A stretch of DNA of 64,000 bases, taken from NCBI GenBank assembly GCA_018240465.1, contig JAFEFS010000073.1, forward strand, positions 6,008-70,007, written 5' to 3'. The notes beneath the pieces were generated by a model. The model was not told the origin of the DNA and ran no database searches. It was given only the letters and a program-made list of their open reading frames with translations. Shown one piece after another: positions 44,697 through 54,685 of the stretch. This DNA comes from Pseudomonadota bacterium. Its GTDB lineage: Bacteria > Pseudomonadota > Gammaproteobacteria > Xanthomonadales > Rhodanobacteraceae. The position numbers and the translations under genes were made by a program. Numbering within the stretch: the stretch's first letter is position 1; each line of letters opens with the position of its first letter.

Positions 44697-47045
44697 ATGA
44701 ATTTGTACTGGGTGAGTCCTCGTCTTATTTCTGTGCGCAAAGCACGAATTGCTTCAATGGTCGCGATTCTCGTAAGTGGAGCACTTCCGCAACATTCCAA
44801 TGGAACGACTGTCGCTTCGCAGTTTACGGAAGGTCCTTTCGTCGGCGGCGTGTTCGACAGGCCTCCCATGGAAAACGCCGACCTCGTCGTTTATCGCAAG
44901 CAGGTGCAAGAGACTACGCGCAGACCTCGCAAGGCATTCGAGGTCGGGAAGTATCTGTCAGATGAGAACGGAAACAGCAATGAATTGATCGTTTTGCCGG
45001 ACAGCGCAAACCCGGCATGGCTTTCATCGTTAAATATTGGTTTGTCAGGCTCCGTACGCGCTGAGGACGTATTGGTCGAAGGCGTTGAGAAGGCGGATAT
45101 GCGCTTGCTTTCGGCTTTCTTCAATCCAGTCGACGCCAGGTATCTTATCGATGATGACCGGCTGGACAACGTCAGTCGCGCCGAATTGAAAGCCGATGAT
45201 CCGACTGAACGTCTACAGAGATATGTGATCCTGCGTTATGGCGATATTGCCAGCGCCAAAAAAGCAAAATTAGAACTGCAAAAAAGATTTGCGTCCAGCG
45301 TGGGGATGAATCGTACACTACGATTTGCTTGGTCACCCAACGATTCCTATTTTGCCAAGTATAACGCGACCCATCCAGCCCAGTATCAATGGGGACTACA
45401 CGCCATGAATTTTCCCGCGGCGTGGGATAAGGCCCTAGGGTTCTCCTATGTTGCAGATATAGATACCGGCTTCGTAAACGACACAGCTCCGGCGGACCTG
45501 CAGAAAAACTACAGATCACACTTCTCCGCAGCCATTTCGCTACCACCAGCGGGATTTGAAGCGCACGGCACACATGTCGGCGGAATCATCGCAGCGACGG
45601 TGAATAACTCGATCGGGGTGGCAGGTGCGTGTCCAAACTGCAGCCTCGGAGAAATGCGAATTAATCAGGATTGGGCAAGCATAGTTGTAGGGCTCAATAA
45701 ATCGATAGAGCGTGGGTTTCAAGTCGTAAACATGAGCCTTGGTACAGTCGAATATAGTGAAAATATTGCTTGCCCAGCCTCCAATTATTTCGACATCGAC
45801 AATTTTTGTACCGCCTTAAGCTTAGCCACAAGCCGAGATCTTCTCGCCGTTGCGTCCGCTGGCAATTTTCGTTGGAACAAACCTGCATTCCCTGCGAGCG
45901 AGTCCGCAGTGCTTGCGGTAGGCGGTGTTCAAATCGCAGCTGCGCCAAGTAACCCTTTTTCGTATCCCTATAGTGTGCAGCTTTGGACTGAGCCAAACGC
46001 ATTAGACTGGTATGGCCGGCCTGATTCTTCCGGAAGCAACTACCCTGGTAGTGACGGGGTAATGGCACCCGCTGCGGATATTGTCTCGACCTTGCCAGTG
46101 GGGTCGAACTACATTTCCGTTACCGACAGGCGGCCTTGCGCCGATTCGGCAGGGTTTGATTTTTCCGGAGCGGCGAATGACGGATATGGGAATTGCTCGG
46201 GAACATCCATGTCCGCGCCATATGTTTCCGCACTATCCGGGATTTTGAGATCGATTAATCCAAGGCTGAGCGCTTCACAGATAAAAACATTGATTCGTCA
46301 AGCGAGTGGCACATTTTCTGGTACTTATACTTACACGTTATCGAGCCCTCAGATACTATCGAGTTACGGAGTTCCGAATGCGCTAACAGCCGTCGCAAAC
46401 ACAATTGCGCAAACGACTAATAGGTTGACTCCTTTATTTTCGATGTACAGCCCGGGGCGGTCGGATTATTTCTACACAACTGTTCCGCAGATGGCCGCAT
46501 CGGCAACGATAGGGACACTGGAACCACGAAATAACGGCATGCCGAGTTCTATTAGCTATTCGGTACTCGATGGCGTCGGCATTAATGGTTATTCATCGTT
46601 TCCTGGTGTTAGCGGAAGTCCGAAAGCGCAGGTTTGGGTTTTTACTACATCGCTAAACCCCAAGAATGGCGGCGACCCATTGGTTCCATTGTATCGTCTG
46701 TCGTGGAAGTGCGGCGATGCGACCATCAGTCCCCCGGTGATTTGCAATTCGAATCCGCAGCATATCGACGTGACTTACACGGCTGATTCCGCGGGTGTGA
46801 CCGCCTTCACCGATCTTGGATATAAAGTCGATGGCATTGAAGGATATATATATCCTAAGACCAGTTCGCAGCCTACGGGTACCGTCAAATTGATGCGGAA
46901 GTACAATCCGTCGCGCGACGACCATGCAATCTTTCCGGATACGCTGGAAACGGCAATGTATTCTTTGGGGTATACGGATAATTCCGGAAGTGACTGGCTC
47001 GGTTATGTCTATTTAAATCAGGGACCTGTTCCTTCGATTTTATGA
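44697..47045 (+). CDS. S8 (subtilisin-family) serine peptidase with C-terminal repeat domain
   Basis: Triad motifs ADIDTG, HGTHVGG, GTSMSAP; oxyanion SAGN; C-terminal DYFYT/PLYRL/EGYIY repeats; AT-rich. Confidence 0.92.
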   Translation: MNLYWVSPRLISVRKARIASMVAILVSGALPQHSNGTTVASQFTEGPFVGGVFDRPPMENADLVVYRKQVQETTRRPRKAFEVGKYLSDENGNSNELIVLPDSANPAWLSSLNIGLSGSVRAEDVLVEGVEKADMRLLSAFFNPVDARYLIDDDRLDNVSRAELKADDPTERLQRYVILRYGDIASAKKAKLELQKRFASSVGMNRTLRFAWSPNDSYFAKYNATHPAQYQWGLHAMNFPAAWDKALGFSYVADIDTGFVNDTAPADLQKNYRSHFSAAISLPPAGFEAHGTHVGGIIAATVNNSIGVAGACPNCSLGEMRINQDWASIVVGLNKSIERGFQVVNMSLGTVEYSENIACPASNYFDIDNFCTALSLATSRDLLAVASAGNFRWNKPAFPASESAVLAVGGVQIAAAPSNPFSYPYSVQLWTEPNALDWYGRPDSSGSNYPGSDGVMAPAADIVSTLPVGSNYISVTDRRPCADSAGFDFSGAANDGYGNCSGTSMSAPYVSALSGILRSINPRLSASQIKTLIRQASGTFSGTYTYTLSSPQILSSYGVPNALTAVANTIAQTTNRLTPLFSMYSPGRSDYFYTTVPQMAASATIGTLEPRNNGMPSSISYSVLDGVGINGYSSFPGVSGSPKAQVWVFTTSLNPKNGGDPLVPLYRLSWKCGDATISPPVICNSNPQHIDVTYTADSAGVTAFTDLGYKVDGIEGYIYPKTSSQPTGTVKLMRKYNPSRDDHAIFPDTLETAMYSLGYTDNSGSDWLGYVYLNQGPVPSIL

Positions 47046-47070
47046 CGGGCGGAGTTTCAGGAGAAATCTA

Positions 47071-48573
47071 ATGACAAGACATTTTCAGCAAAGGACTTTT
47101 GTGGCCAGCGCGTGTATCGCGCTTGTCGTTTCAATGCCGATTTACGCCGTGGTCATAAACCCCCATGGCCTGGGTCAAGTACTGGTCTATCCGTACTACA
47201 CGGTTAACGGCAATAACTCGACGTTATTGACATTGATTAATTCCAGTACCGACACCAAAGCGGTCAAAGTCCGGTTTCTCGAAGGCTACAACGGGCGCGA
47301 TGTGCTCGACTTCAACCTGTATCTACAGCCTTACGATACATGGGTGAGCGCAGTGGTCGAGTCCGGCGACGGTGCGGCGCTGTATACCAACGATGCCAGT
47401 TGCACGGTGCCGAAGCTTCCCTCGACGATCGTGTCAGCAATGGCTTTTTCTACCAACAACTTCAACTCGGGCTCGACGCAGGGTGCAGACGGTGGTCCGA
47501 CAGGTTCCTCACGCACGCGCGAGGGACATATCGAAGTCATCGAAATGGGTACGGTGACGAACGATGTCTGGCAGACTAGCGATTCGTTGAAGCACCACGG
47601 TGATGCGACGGATTGCTCACAAGTGCTTCAGGCTTGGCAAGAGGGCGGCTATTGGCGAAGCAACGCGCAAACCGATATCGGACCGGCCACAGGCGGCCTG
47701 TTCGGCAGCGGGACAATCGTCAATGTTCCGGTTGGCACGGTGCAATCCTACAATGCCGATGCGATTACGCAGTTCTATGCAGAAGGTGGCGTAGGGCAGC
47801 ACAGCGCGCCCGATGCATTGACGCCAAACATTGCCAGCGCGACGTCGCTATCGGCTTTGGTCTACACGGGCAATAAGGTCCAATCGCTTGGCTTCAAGCG
47901 TGGCATCGATGCCGTGTCCGCTGTTTTCATGGTCGAGTCATTGGCCAACGAATATTGGACCGGCGGCGGCACGGCGGCGCGTTCGGAGTGGGTCATTACC
48001 TATCCCACAAAACGGTTCTATGTCGATCCGTATTATGTCGGCCAGAGTGCGCAACTGCCGTTCGAGTATACGTACGGAGTCACTCAGAGTGGTACGGCGG
48101 TTTCTTACACCGACGTGAGGTGGGTTCAATTGGATAGGGAGGGGAAAATTGCGGTGCCAGTCTGCCTCGCCGTGGGAAGCTGTCCGTCGCCGCGCCTCCT
48201 GTACGACAGTCAAATCGTGACGTTTGGCTCAGGAGGCGCGAATGGAATGGATCAGCTATACGGCCCAAAGACGCCTTCGAATGTTCTTGCGTCCAATTTA
48301 GTTCCGATGAATCTTCCGGCGTCGAGTCCGCAGACGGGTTGGGCGATACTGGACTTTCATCAAGGCCAGCAACCGACGTCACCGCTTCGCTTGTTGACAG
48401 ATACCAGCGGGAGCAAAGCTCTCATTGGACAACCAGTCACGGGCTTCTGGGTTACGCAACTCATCAATGGCAATGCCGACGGCAAGGGCATTCTGGCTAA
48501 CTACACTGCGTTGTTCCGACACAAAGCCAACGCAAGATGCATCAACATCTCCGATAGCTCTCCGTGCTCCTGA
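47071..48573 (+). CDS. Secreted hypothetical (putative cell-surface) protein
   Basis: Signal peptide ending MPIYA; INPHGLGQVLVYPYYTV, KAVKVRFLEGYNGRDVLDFNLYL, EWVITYPTKRFYV. Confidence 0.75.
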   Translation: MTRHFQQRTFVASACIALVVSMPIYAVVINPHGLGQVLVYPYYTVNGNNSTLLTLINSSTDTKAVKVRFLEGYNGRDVLDFNLYLQPYDTWVSAVVESGDGAALYTNDASCTVPKLPSTIVSAMAFSTNNFNSGSTQGADGGPTGSSRTREGHIEVIEMGTVTNDVWQTSDSLKHHGDATDCSQVLQAWQEGGYWRSNAQTDIGPATGGLFGSGTIVNVPVGTVQSYNADAITQFYAEGGVGQHSAPDALTPNIASATSLSALVYTGNKVQSLGFKRGIDAVSAVFMVESLANEYWTGGGTAARSEWVITYPTKRFYVDPYYVGQSAQLPFEYTYGVTQSGTAVSYTDVRWVQLDREGKIAVPVCLAVGSCPSPRLLYDSQIVTFGSGGANGMDQLYGPKTPSNVLASNLVPMNLPASSPQTGWAILDFHQGQQPTSPLRLLTDTSGSKALIGQPVTGFWVTQLINGNADGKGILANYTALFRHKANARCINISDSSPCS

Positions 48574-48620
48574 ACTAGAGCATTTTTGATTCAAATCTTA
48601 CAACCAGCGAGCCACCTCAA

Positions 48621-48726
48621 CCCCTCTCTCCTCGCGGGAGAGGGGCTGGGAAGAAGGACTTCGAAGACAAGGGCGGAGGTGGATGCATCGCCGAAGACCG
48701 TGGCTCCCCCTCTCCCGCGAGGGGAG
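48621..48726. repeat. CCCCTCTC...GAGAGGGG palindromic repeats right of the AT-rich cassette
   Basis: CCCCTCTC-TCCTCGCGG-GAGAGGGG (48621-48645) and CTCCCCCTCTCCCGCGAGGGGAG (48704-48726). Confidence 0.7.
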
Positions 48727-48888
48727 ATGTGTCAACAACCAAACCGAAACCGCTCTAGTTTCCGCTCCCTGTTGAATCCAAACTTTGCCGACAATCCCTC
48801 TCTGACTGCCAAGTAGCGGCTCGATATCTGCGTTGCGCCTGCCTACCGCCGGCAGGGACGTGAGCGATGGCGCGGCGCGGGCGGGACG

Positions 48889-49803
48889 TTATCGCACCGC
48901 CGCCGGCAAAAAACGCACCTGCACGCGCTGGCCGACCTTGAGGCTGTTGTCGGGCAGTTCGAGGATGCACTCGACGTCGCGCGTATCGGTGGTTTCCTGC
49001 GCGCTTTCGTTGAGCTTGCTCGGGCCGAATACCTCGCCGATGCGGTTTACGCGCGCGGTCTGCGGCTTGCCCGGGTCGGTCTCGCTGGAGATTTCCGCGG
49101 TCATGCCGACGCCGACCTTGTTGACGAAGCCTTCGTTGAGTTCGGCGCGCACGATGCGCGGCGCGTCGGGCAGCAGTTCGACGAGTTCGCCGGACGAGGG
49201 CGAGACGACGTCGCCGATGTGCGTCGCGCGCGAAATGATGCGGCCGGCGACCGGGGCCCGCAGCGTGCGCGCCTCGATCTCGTACTCGGCCTGGCGCACT
49301 TTCTGCTTCGCCGTCTCGATGTTGGCGTCGGCAACGGCGATCTCGGCGTTCAATTCCGCCATCGCCTGTTTCGCGTCGTCAGCCGACTGGCCGGTCGCGG
49401 CGCCGGCCACGGCCGCCTCGAGCACGCGCGCCGCGCGCAGCTTCAGCGCCGGTTGCTTGGCGCGGAGCAGCGTGCCTTGCGCACTCGCCGCGTTGAGTTC
49501 GGCGCGCGCCGCGTCGAGCGCGATCCGGGCTTGCTTCGTGTCGAGCACGACGAGCGCGTCGCCGGCCTTGACGTCGTCGCCGGCTGCCTTCGGCAGTTCG
49601 GCGACGATGCCGTCGCGCGAGGCGGCGACATGGACGAGCCCGCCCTGCACGTCGACGCGGCCGCGCGCGATCGCGACGAACTTCGACGAGGCCGTTGCGG
49701 TCGCTGCCGGCGTGCCCGACGTGGTCTTGCCGCAGGCGCCGAGCATCAGCGCGACGGCTGCGCCGGTTGCGAGGACGAGCGGGGTGAGGGCGGTCTTGCT
49801 CAT
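48889..49803 (-). CDS. HlyD-family periplasmic adaptor (lipoprotein)
   Basis: Lipobox LGAC; ARGRVDVQGG, lipoyl halves, coiled coil, TLRAPVAGRI; ATG 49803. Confidence 0.9.
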   Translation of the reverse strand: MSKTALTPLVLATGAAVALMLGACGKTTSGTPAATATASSKFVAIARGRVDVQGGLVHVAASRDGIVAELPKAAGDDVKAGDALVVLDTKQARIALDAARAELNAASAQGTLLRAKQPALKLRAARVLEAAVAGAATGQSADDAKQAMAELNAEIAVADANIETAKQKVRQAEYEIEARTLRAPVAGRIISRATHIGDVVSPSSGELVELLPDAPRIVRAELNEGFVNKVGVGMTAEISSETDPGKPQTARVNRIGEVFGPSKLNESAQETTDTRDVECILELPDNSLKVGQRVQVRFLPAAVR

Positions 49804-50531
49804 GGGTTCGCTTCCGCGGAAGTGGATCTGGACGGGGCCGACGCGCTGATCTGCTTCACGTCGGACAGGATACGCCCGTCGGCCATGTGGATGATGCGGT
49901 CGGCGTCGGCGGCGAGGCGCGTGTCGTGGCTGACGCAGACGACGGTTGCGCCGTACACACGCGCGACGCGATGCAGAGCGTCGATGACGTTCTTGCCGTT
50001 GACCGAATCGAGCGCGCTGGTCGGCTCGTCGGCGAAAAGGAATTGCGGCTTCTTCGCCAGCGCGCGCGCGATCGCGATGCGCTGTTTCTCGCCACCGGAC
50101 AGTTCGATCGGGCGCAGGTGCGCGCGCGAGGCGAGGCCAACTTCTTCGAGCGAGGCCAACGCCATGTTGCGCACGGCATGGCGCGGCAGGCCGAGGTAGT
50201 TGAGCGGCAGCATCACCTGCTCGAGCGCGGTCAGCGCCGGAAACAGGTTGAAACCCTGGAACACGAAGCCGGTGTGCTCGAGGCGGAACTTCTCCAGGTC
50301 CGCACGCGATTTCTGCCACAGATCCTCGCCGAGCGCGGCGACGTTGCCGCGGTCGGGCTTGAGCAGGCCGCTCAGTATTGCCAGAAGTGTACTTTTCCCG
50401 GAGCCGGAGGGACCGAGCACGAGAGTCAGCTCGCGCTCGTCGAGCGCGATCGACATGCCTTGCAACACGTGCGTTTCGACGCGCCCGCTCGTGTAGCTCT
50501 TGGTGATGTTGTCGGCGACGAGTGCGGTCAT
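49800..50531 (-). CDS. ABC transporter ATP-binding protein (DevA/LolD-like)
   Basis: GPSGSGKS, LSGGEKQR, FADEPT, VSHD. Confidence 0.95.
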   Translation of the reverse strand: MTALVADNITKSYTSGRVETHVLQGMSIALDERELTLVLGPSGSGKSTLLAILSGLLKPDRGNVAALGEDLWQKSRADLEKFRLEHTGFVFQGFNLFPALTALEQVMLPLNYLGLPRHAVRNMALASLEEVGLASRAHLRPIELSGGEKQRIAIARALAKKPQFLFADEPTSALDSVNGKNVIDALHRVARVYGATVVCVSHDTRLAADADRIIHMADGRILSDVKQISASAPSRSTSAEANP

Positions 50532-50533
50532 GA

Positions 50534-51667
50534 TCAGCGCAGCAGGTTCGCCGGTTCAAGGTGATTGATCGCACCGACCGCGAGAAAGCCGGAAATCAGC
50601 GCGATCGCCATGACCAGCGTGGCGCAGGCGATCGCGGCCAGATAGTTGAACGCGATCGGCACGTCCTGTCCGTGGGCGAGCAGGGCCAGCGAGACGCTCA
50701 CCGCGCTGCCGACGACGACGCCGATGGTGCCGACCCAGAACGCCTGCTCGAGGATCACGCGGCGCAGCGCGCCGATGCCCGCGCCGAGCGCGTTGAGCAT
50801 GGCGTACTCGCGCACCGAGCTTGCGACCGCGGCGAACAGCGTCTGGCTGGTGATGACCACGCCGACGAGGAAGACCACGAACGAAAGGAAGATGAAGCCG
50901 AGTCCGGCACCGGTTTCGAACATCCAGTAGGTTGCCGCGTTGCGCGCGAATTCGTCGTGGGTCCACACTGCAAAACGGTGGGCGGCGGCAACGGGCGTGA
51001 GCCGGTCGCGCACCACGTCCGGGTTCGCGCCCGCGGCGAGACGCGCGACGTAGTAGGCGACCTTGTCGCGCTCGGCAGCATCGGCGACCAGGGTGCGCGC
51101 GGTGGCGATCGAGGTGACGATATTGACGCCGCCGAGCGTGCGCAGGCCGTTCGCCGCGGCGACGATCTTGACCCGGTGGCCGTTGAGGAACGCGGTGCTG
51201 CCGATGTCGAGGCCGAGCTTGGGCAGGTCGGCCGCGTCGACTATCACCGCGCCGGGTTCGTTGAGCAGCGCGCGTTCGGCAACGTCGAGCACATGCGAGA
51301 ACATCAGCCCGTTCGGCGCGGGGTCGATGCCGGAGATGAATACCGATACGCTGCCGCGCTCGGCCGGGCCGCGCCAGTCGCCGTCCAGCCACTGGAACGG
51401 CTCGACCTGGACCACGGCCGGGTCCATGCGTAACCACATTTCGGTGTCGCGCGGCACGGGGCGGCCGAGTTCCACGGTCTGCGTGCCCGGATAGCCGGCC
51501 CAGATGTCGCCACCCGAGCGGCTTACGTAGACCCCGGCGCTGGAGAAGATGCCGAACATCAGCGCGGTCATCATCAGCAGCAGCAGGCCCGAGAACGCGA
51601 CCGCGAGCGCGGCCGGCAGGAACTTGCGCCACTCGTAGATCAGGGTCTTGCGCGCGAGGGCGACCAC
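50534..51667 (-). CDS. ABC transporter permease (DevC/FtsX-like)
   Basis: N-terminal TM, periplasmic domain, three C-terminal TMs, REYAMLNALGA; GTG start. Confidence 0.9.
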   Translation of the reverse strand: MVALARKTLIYEWRKFLPAALAVAFSGLLLLMMTALMFGIFSSAGVYVSRSGGDIWAGYPGTQTVELGRPVPRDTEMWLRMDPAVVQVEPFQWLDGDWRGPAERGSVSVFISGIDPAPNGLMFSHVLDVAERALLNEPGAVIVDAADLPKLGLDIGSTAFLNGHRVKIVAAANGLRTLGGVNIVTSIATARTLVADAAERDKVAYYVARLAAGANPDVVRDRLTPVAAAHRFAVWTHDEFARNAATYWMFETGAGLGFIFLSFVVFLVGVVITSQTLFAAVASSVREYAMLNALGAGIGALRRVILEQAFWVGTIGVVVGSAVSVSLALLAHGQDVPIAFNYLAAIACATLVMAIALISGFLAVGAINHLEPANLLR

Positions 51668-53100
51668 TACGGCAGGCCTTCGTTCTTCGCGTCTTTCGCG
51701 AGCGGCGGAATCGTGCCGCCGAAGGCCTTGTACAACGCGATGTAGGCGAGCGCGCGGTCGCGCGTGGCGAGGTTGCGCGCAAGGCGTGCCTGCGCCGCGG
51801 CGAGATCGGCGGTGGCGGTCTCCAGGCCGTCGCCGAGGCCGATACGCTGCATCGTCTGCGCGGATTTCGCGCCACGTTCGCTCAGGTCCAAAGCCTTCTG
51901 TTCGTTGCCCGCGAGTACGCTTTTCGCATCGAACTGGACAAGCGCGGTCTGCGCCTCGCCCACGCCCTCGATCACCGCCTGGCGATACGCGAGCAGCGAA
52001 GCCTGCAGCGCGCGTTCGCGCGCATTGATGACCTGGCGGCGCGCACCCCAGTCGAGGATCGGCAGGGAAATCGTCGGTCCAGCGATGAACACGAAGTCGT
52101 CATTGAGATGGGTGGAGGTCAGCGCAGTGGAGGAAATGAGGGTGGTGTAGAGGCCGAACTTGGGGAACAGGTCGGAGCGTGCGATGCCCAGCTCGCCCGC
52201 CGCGCGCACGACATTCTGTTCGGCGCGACGGATGTCGGCGCGGGTACGCAGGAGATCGGCGGGCGCGCTGCGGAAGTCGATCGCGGGCAGCACCGGCTGC
52301 TTCGATGCGCTGAGCAGGGCAGGATCAGGAGTGGTCGTACCGAGCAGAACGGCGAGGGCTTGACGGGTTTGCGCCGCGGTCAGTGCCGGTTCAGCCGCTT
52401 CGTTCTCCGCCTGCAGCGATTCGGCCCGGGCCCGGTCCAGTTCGAGCTGCGTGCCCATGCGGGTGGCGAGGCGTGTCTGCGCGAGCGCGGCCTGCCGGTG
52501 ACGCACCGCGACCACTTCGTCGAGGGCGCGCGCGCGCGCCTGAGCGGCGCGCAACTCGACATAGTTGCGCGCCACTTCGGCGATGACGGATACGCGCACC
52601 GCTGCGTCATCGATGATCGCAAGATTCTCGTCGGCGAGGTTGATGCGCTTGTTGCCGGTGGCGCGGCCGAAGAAGCCAAACTCCCAGGTCGAATCGAGGC
52701 CGATTTCGAGATAACCAGTGCTTGCATTCGGCGCGGTCTCGATGAAGGTGCGAAAATTGAGGTTCGGCCAGAACATGCCGCGGTGGGCGTGGCGGATCGC
52801 GCGTGCGGCCTGCAGGCGCTCGCCGGCGATGCGGATGTTGAGGTTGTCGTGCAGCGCGCGTTCGATCAGGCCGTCGAGCACCGGGTCGTCGAAGGCGCGC
52901 CACCAATGGTCGAGATCGGGGGCGAAGCCGCCCGCCGCAGCGTTGCGCGCCTGCCAGTCGGCAGGCGTGTCTTTGGGCAGATCGGGAATGGCCGTGTGCC
53001 ACGAGCATGCGCTCGTTGCGCAAGTCGCGGCGAACGCGAGCGCACGCAGGCCAGCCCGTACACCCTCGCGCAGAGGTGTCGGAAAGCGCATCAGCAACAT
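51667..53100 (-). CDS. TolC/NodT-family outer membrane efflux lipoprotein
   Basis: WWRAFDDPVLDGLIERAL, WEFGFFG, RADIRRAE, LYKAFGG; start 53100 or 53091. Confidence 0.9.
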   Translation of the reverse strand: MLLMRFPTPLREGVRAGLRALAFAATCATSACSWHTAIPDLPKDTPADWQARNAAAGGFAPDLDHWWRAFDDPVLDGLIERALHDNLNIRIAGERLQAARAIRHAHRGMFWPNLNFRTFIETAPNASTGYLEIGLDSTWEFGFFGRATGNKRINLADENLAIIDDAAVRVSVIAEVARNYVELRAAQARARALDEVVAVRHRQAALAQTRLATRMGTQLELDRARAESLQAENEAAEPALTAAQTRQALAVLLGTTTPDPALLSASKQPVLPAIDFRSAPADLLRTRADIRRAEQNVVRAAGELGIARSDLFPKFGLYTTLISSTALTSTHLNDDFVFIAGPTISLPILDWGARRQVINARERALQASLLAYRQAVIEGVGEAQTALVQFDAKSVLAGNEQKALDLSERGAKSAQTMQRIGLGDGLETATADLAAAQARLARNLATRDRALAYIALYKAFGGTIPPLAKDAKNEGLP

Positions 53101-53332
53101 GAAAAAATGGTCATGGCCGCGTGGATTGCCCCTCGAGTCATCGCCTATTGTCGCTTGGATCGTGCAGAATGTGCAGATGTCCGTTCGGGGCGAGGCGGCC
53201 GCGCTGGAATCGGTCCCGTGAATGTTCATTTTGGCGAGAATGGCCGTCAGCGTTGCGTGGACAGCGGATGAACAGGCCCGGAAAACCCCGGCCACAGTAA
53301 GCATTTCGCCCCTCTCCTCGCTTCTCAAGCCG

Positions 53333-54685
53333 TTACCTAGTGGGGACGATGACGACGGCGCTCAGCCCGGTTTGCCGGGATTCGTCGGTGAAATCCAGGC
53401 GGATTTCCGCGCCGATGCGATGCGCAATGGTTTGCACGATGGAGAGCCCCAGGCCCGAACCAATCTGCTCGCTACCCAGGGCGCGGTAGAACGGGTCGAA
53501 AACCCGCTCGCGTTCGGCCAACGGGATGCCGGGTCCATTGTCCCGAATGCACAGTTCGACGCTGCCTTCCGACACCCTCACGGAAAGGTCGACGCGCCCT
53601 CCCTCGGGAGTGTAGCGAATCGCGTTGTCGACCAGGTTCTTGACCACGGCGATCATGTCAAACTCGCTGACCCGTACTTTGGCGTCTTCGGTGCCTTCGA
53701 CGCCGATGTCGATGTGCTTGGCCCCGGCCAGCGGCATGAGGTCCTCCAACACGCGGCGGTAGATGCGCTGGACGGACACGGGCGACTGCGGCAAGTCGGC
53801 AGCCGACCGCACCCTGGCCAAGGTCAGCAGTTGATCCAGCAGGCTCCGGTCGCGCTCGATTCCTCGGCGCAGCACTGTCAGCCGCTCGCGTGCCAGGCCG
53901 GACATCTCCGCTTCCGCCAGCCGTTCGGCCTGCAGCGAAAGGGCGGTCAGCGGCGAGCGCAGCTCGTGTGCCGCATCCGCCACAAAACGGCGCTGGGACT
54001 CCATGGACTGACCCACGCGGGCCAGCAAACGATTGATCGCCACGGCGAAGGGCCGTACCTCGACCGGGAAGTGGCGATCGTCGACCGGATGCAGTTCCTG
54101 CTCGGCACGCTGGTCGATTGCCCGGGAGAGCGCGGCAATCGGGCGGAACATCTTGCGCACCAGGTTGGCGACGATCAGCAGCAGCACCGGCACCAGAATC
54201 AGGAAAGGCATCACGGTGCGCAGCGCACCGTCGTGGGCGATTTCGTTGCGAAACTCGGATTCCTGAGCCACCGCAATGCGTTCACCCGCGGCCGTGGTCT
54301 TGACCAGTACGCGGAAGTTCTCGCCGCCGACATCCAGCGTTTGCAGCCCATCCGCCAGGGTTGTCGGCAGGGAAAGAGTACCGCCGGCATCCACGCTCGT
54401 CGCAGACGGATCGGCCTCGCCCAAACGCTGGACGATCACGCGCGACTCTTCATCGGCATCCGCGAGTCGGGCATCGGTGGTCGGCAAGGTCGGCGACAGA
54501 AGCCGACTATTCATGAGCTGCGCGACCTGGCGCAGCACATCGTCCTGCAATTCATGCGCTTCATTGAAAGCCGACAGGAACGAGAAGACGCCCGCCACGA
54601 TGGCCACCACGAAGATGGCCAGCGACAGGGCGAAGGACAGCTTGAGCTGAACCGAATCGTTCAAGCGCCTTTTGCGACCATCCAT
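53333..54685 (-). CDS. Sensor histidine kinase (QseC-like)
   Basis: Two TMs, FVADAAHELRSPL, NLVDNAIRYT, DNGPGI, GSGLGLSIV. Confidence 0.95.
   Translation of the reverse strand: MDGRKRRLNDSVQLKLSFALSLAIFVVAIVAGVFSFLSAFNEAHELQDDVLRQVAQLMNSRLLSPTLPTTDARLADADEESRVIVQRLGEADPSATSVDAGGTLSLPTTLADGLQTLDVGGENFRVLVKTTAAGERIAVAQESEFRNEIAHDGALRTVMPFLILVPVLLLIVANLVRKMFRPIAALSRAIDQRAEQELHPVDDRHFPVEVRPFAVAINRLLARVGQSMESQRRFVADAAHELRSPLTALSLQAERLAEAEMSGLARERLTVLRRGIERDRSLLDQLLTLARVRSAADLPQSPVSVQRIYRRVLEDLMPLAGAKHIDIGVEGTEDAKVRVSEFDMIAVVKNLVDNAIRYTPEGGRVDLSVRVSEGSVELCIRDNGPGIPLAERERVFDPFYRALGSEQIGSGLGLSIVQTIAHRIGAEIRLDFTDESRQTGLSAVVIVPTR

Noticed and set aside
48889-50574. 561-aa ORF suggesting a longer HlyD protein
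   Set aside because: The N-part overlaps the ABC ATPase out of frame; the lipoprotein signal starts at 49803.
53161-53178. GTGCAGA direct repeat upstream of the TolC gene as a regulator box
   Set aside because: Period of 9 bp does not fit OmpR-type spacing, and no promoter elements support it.
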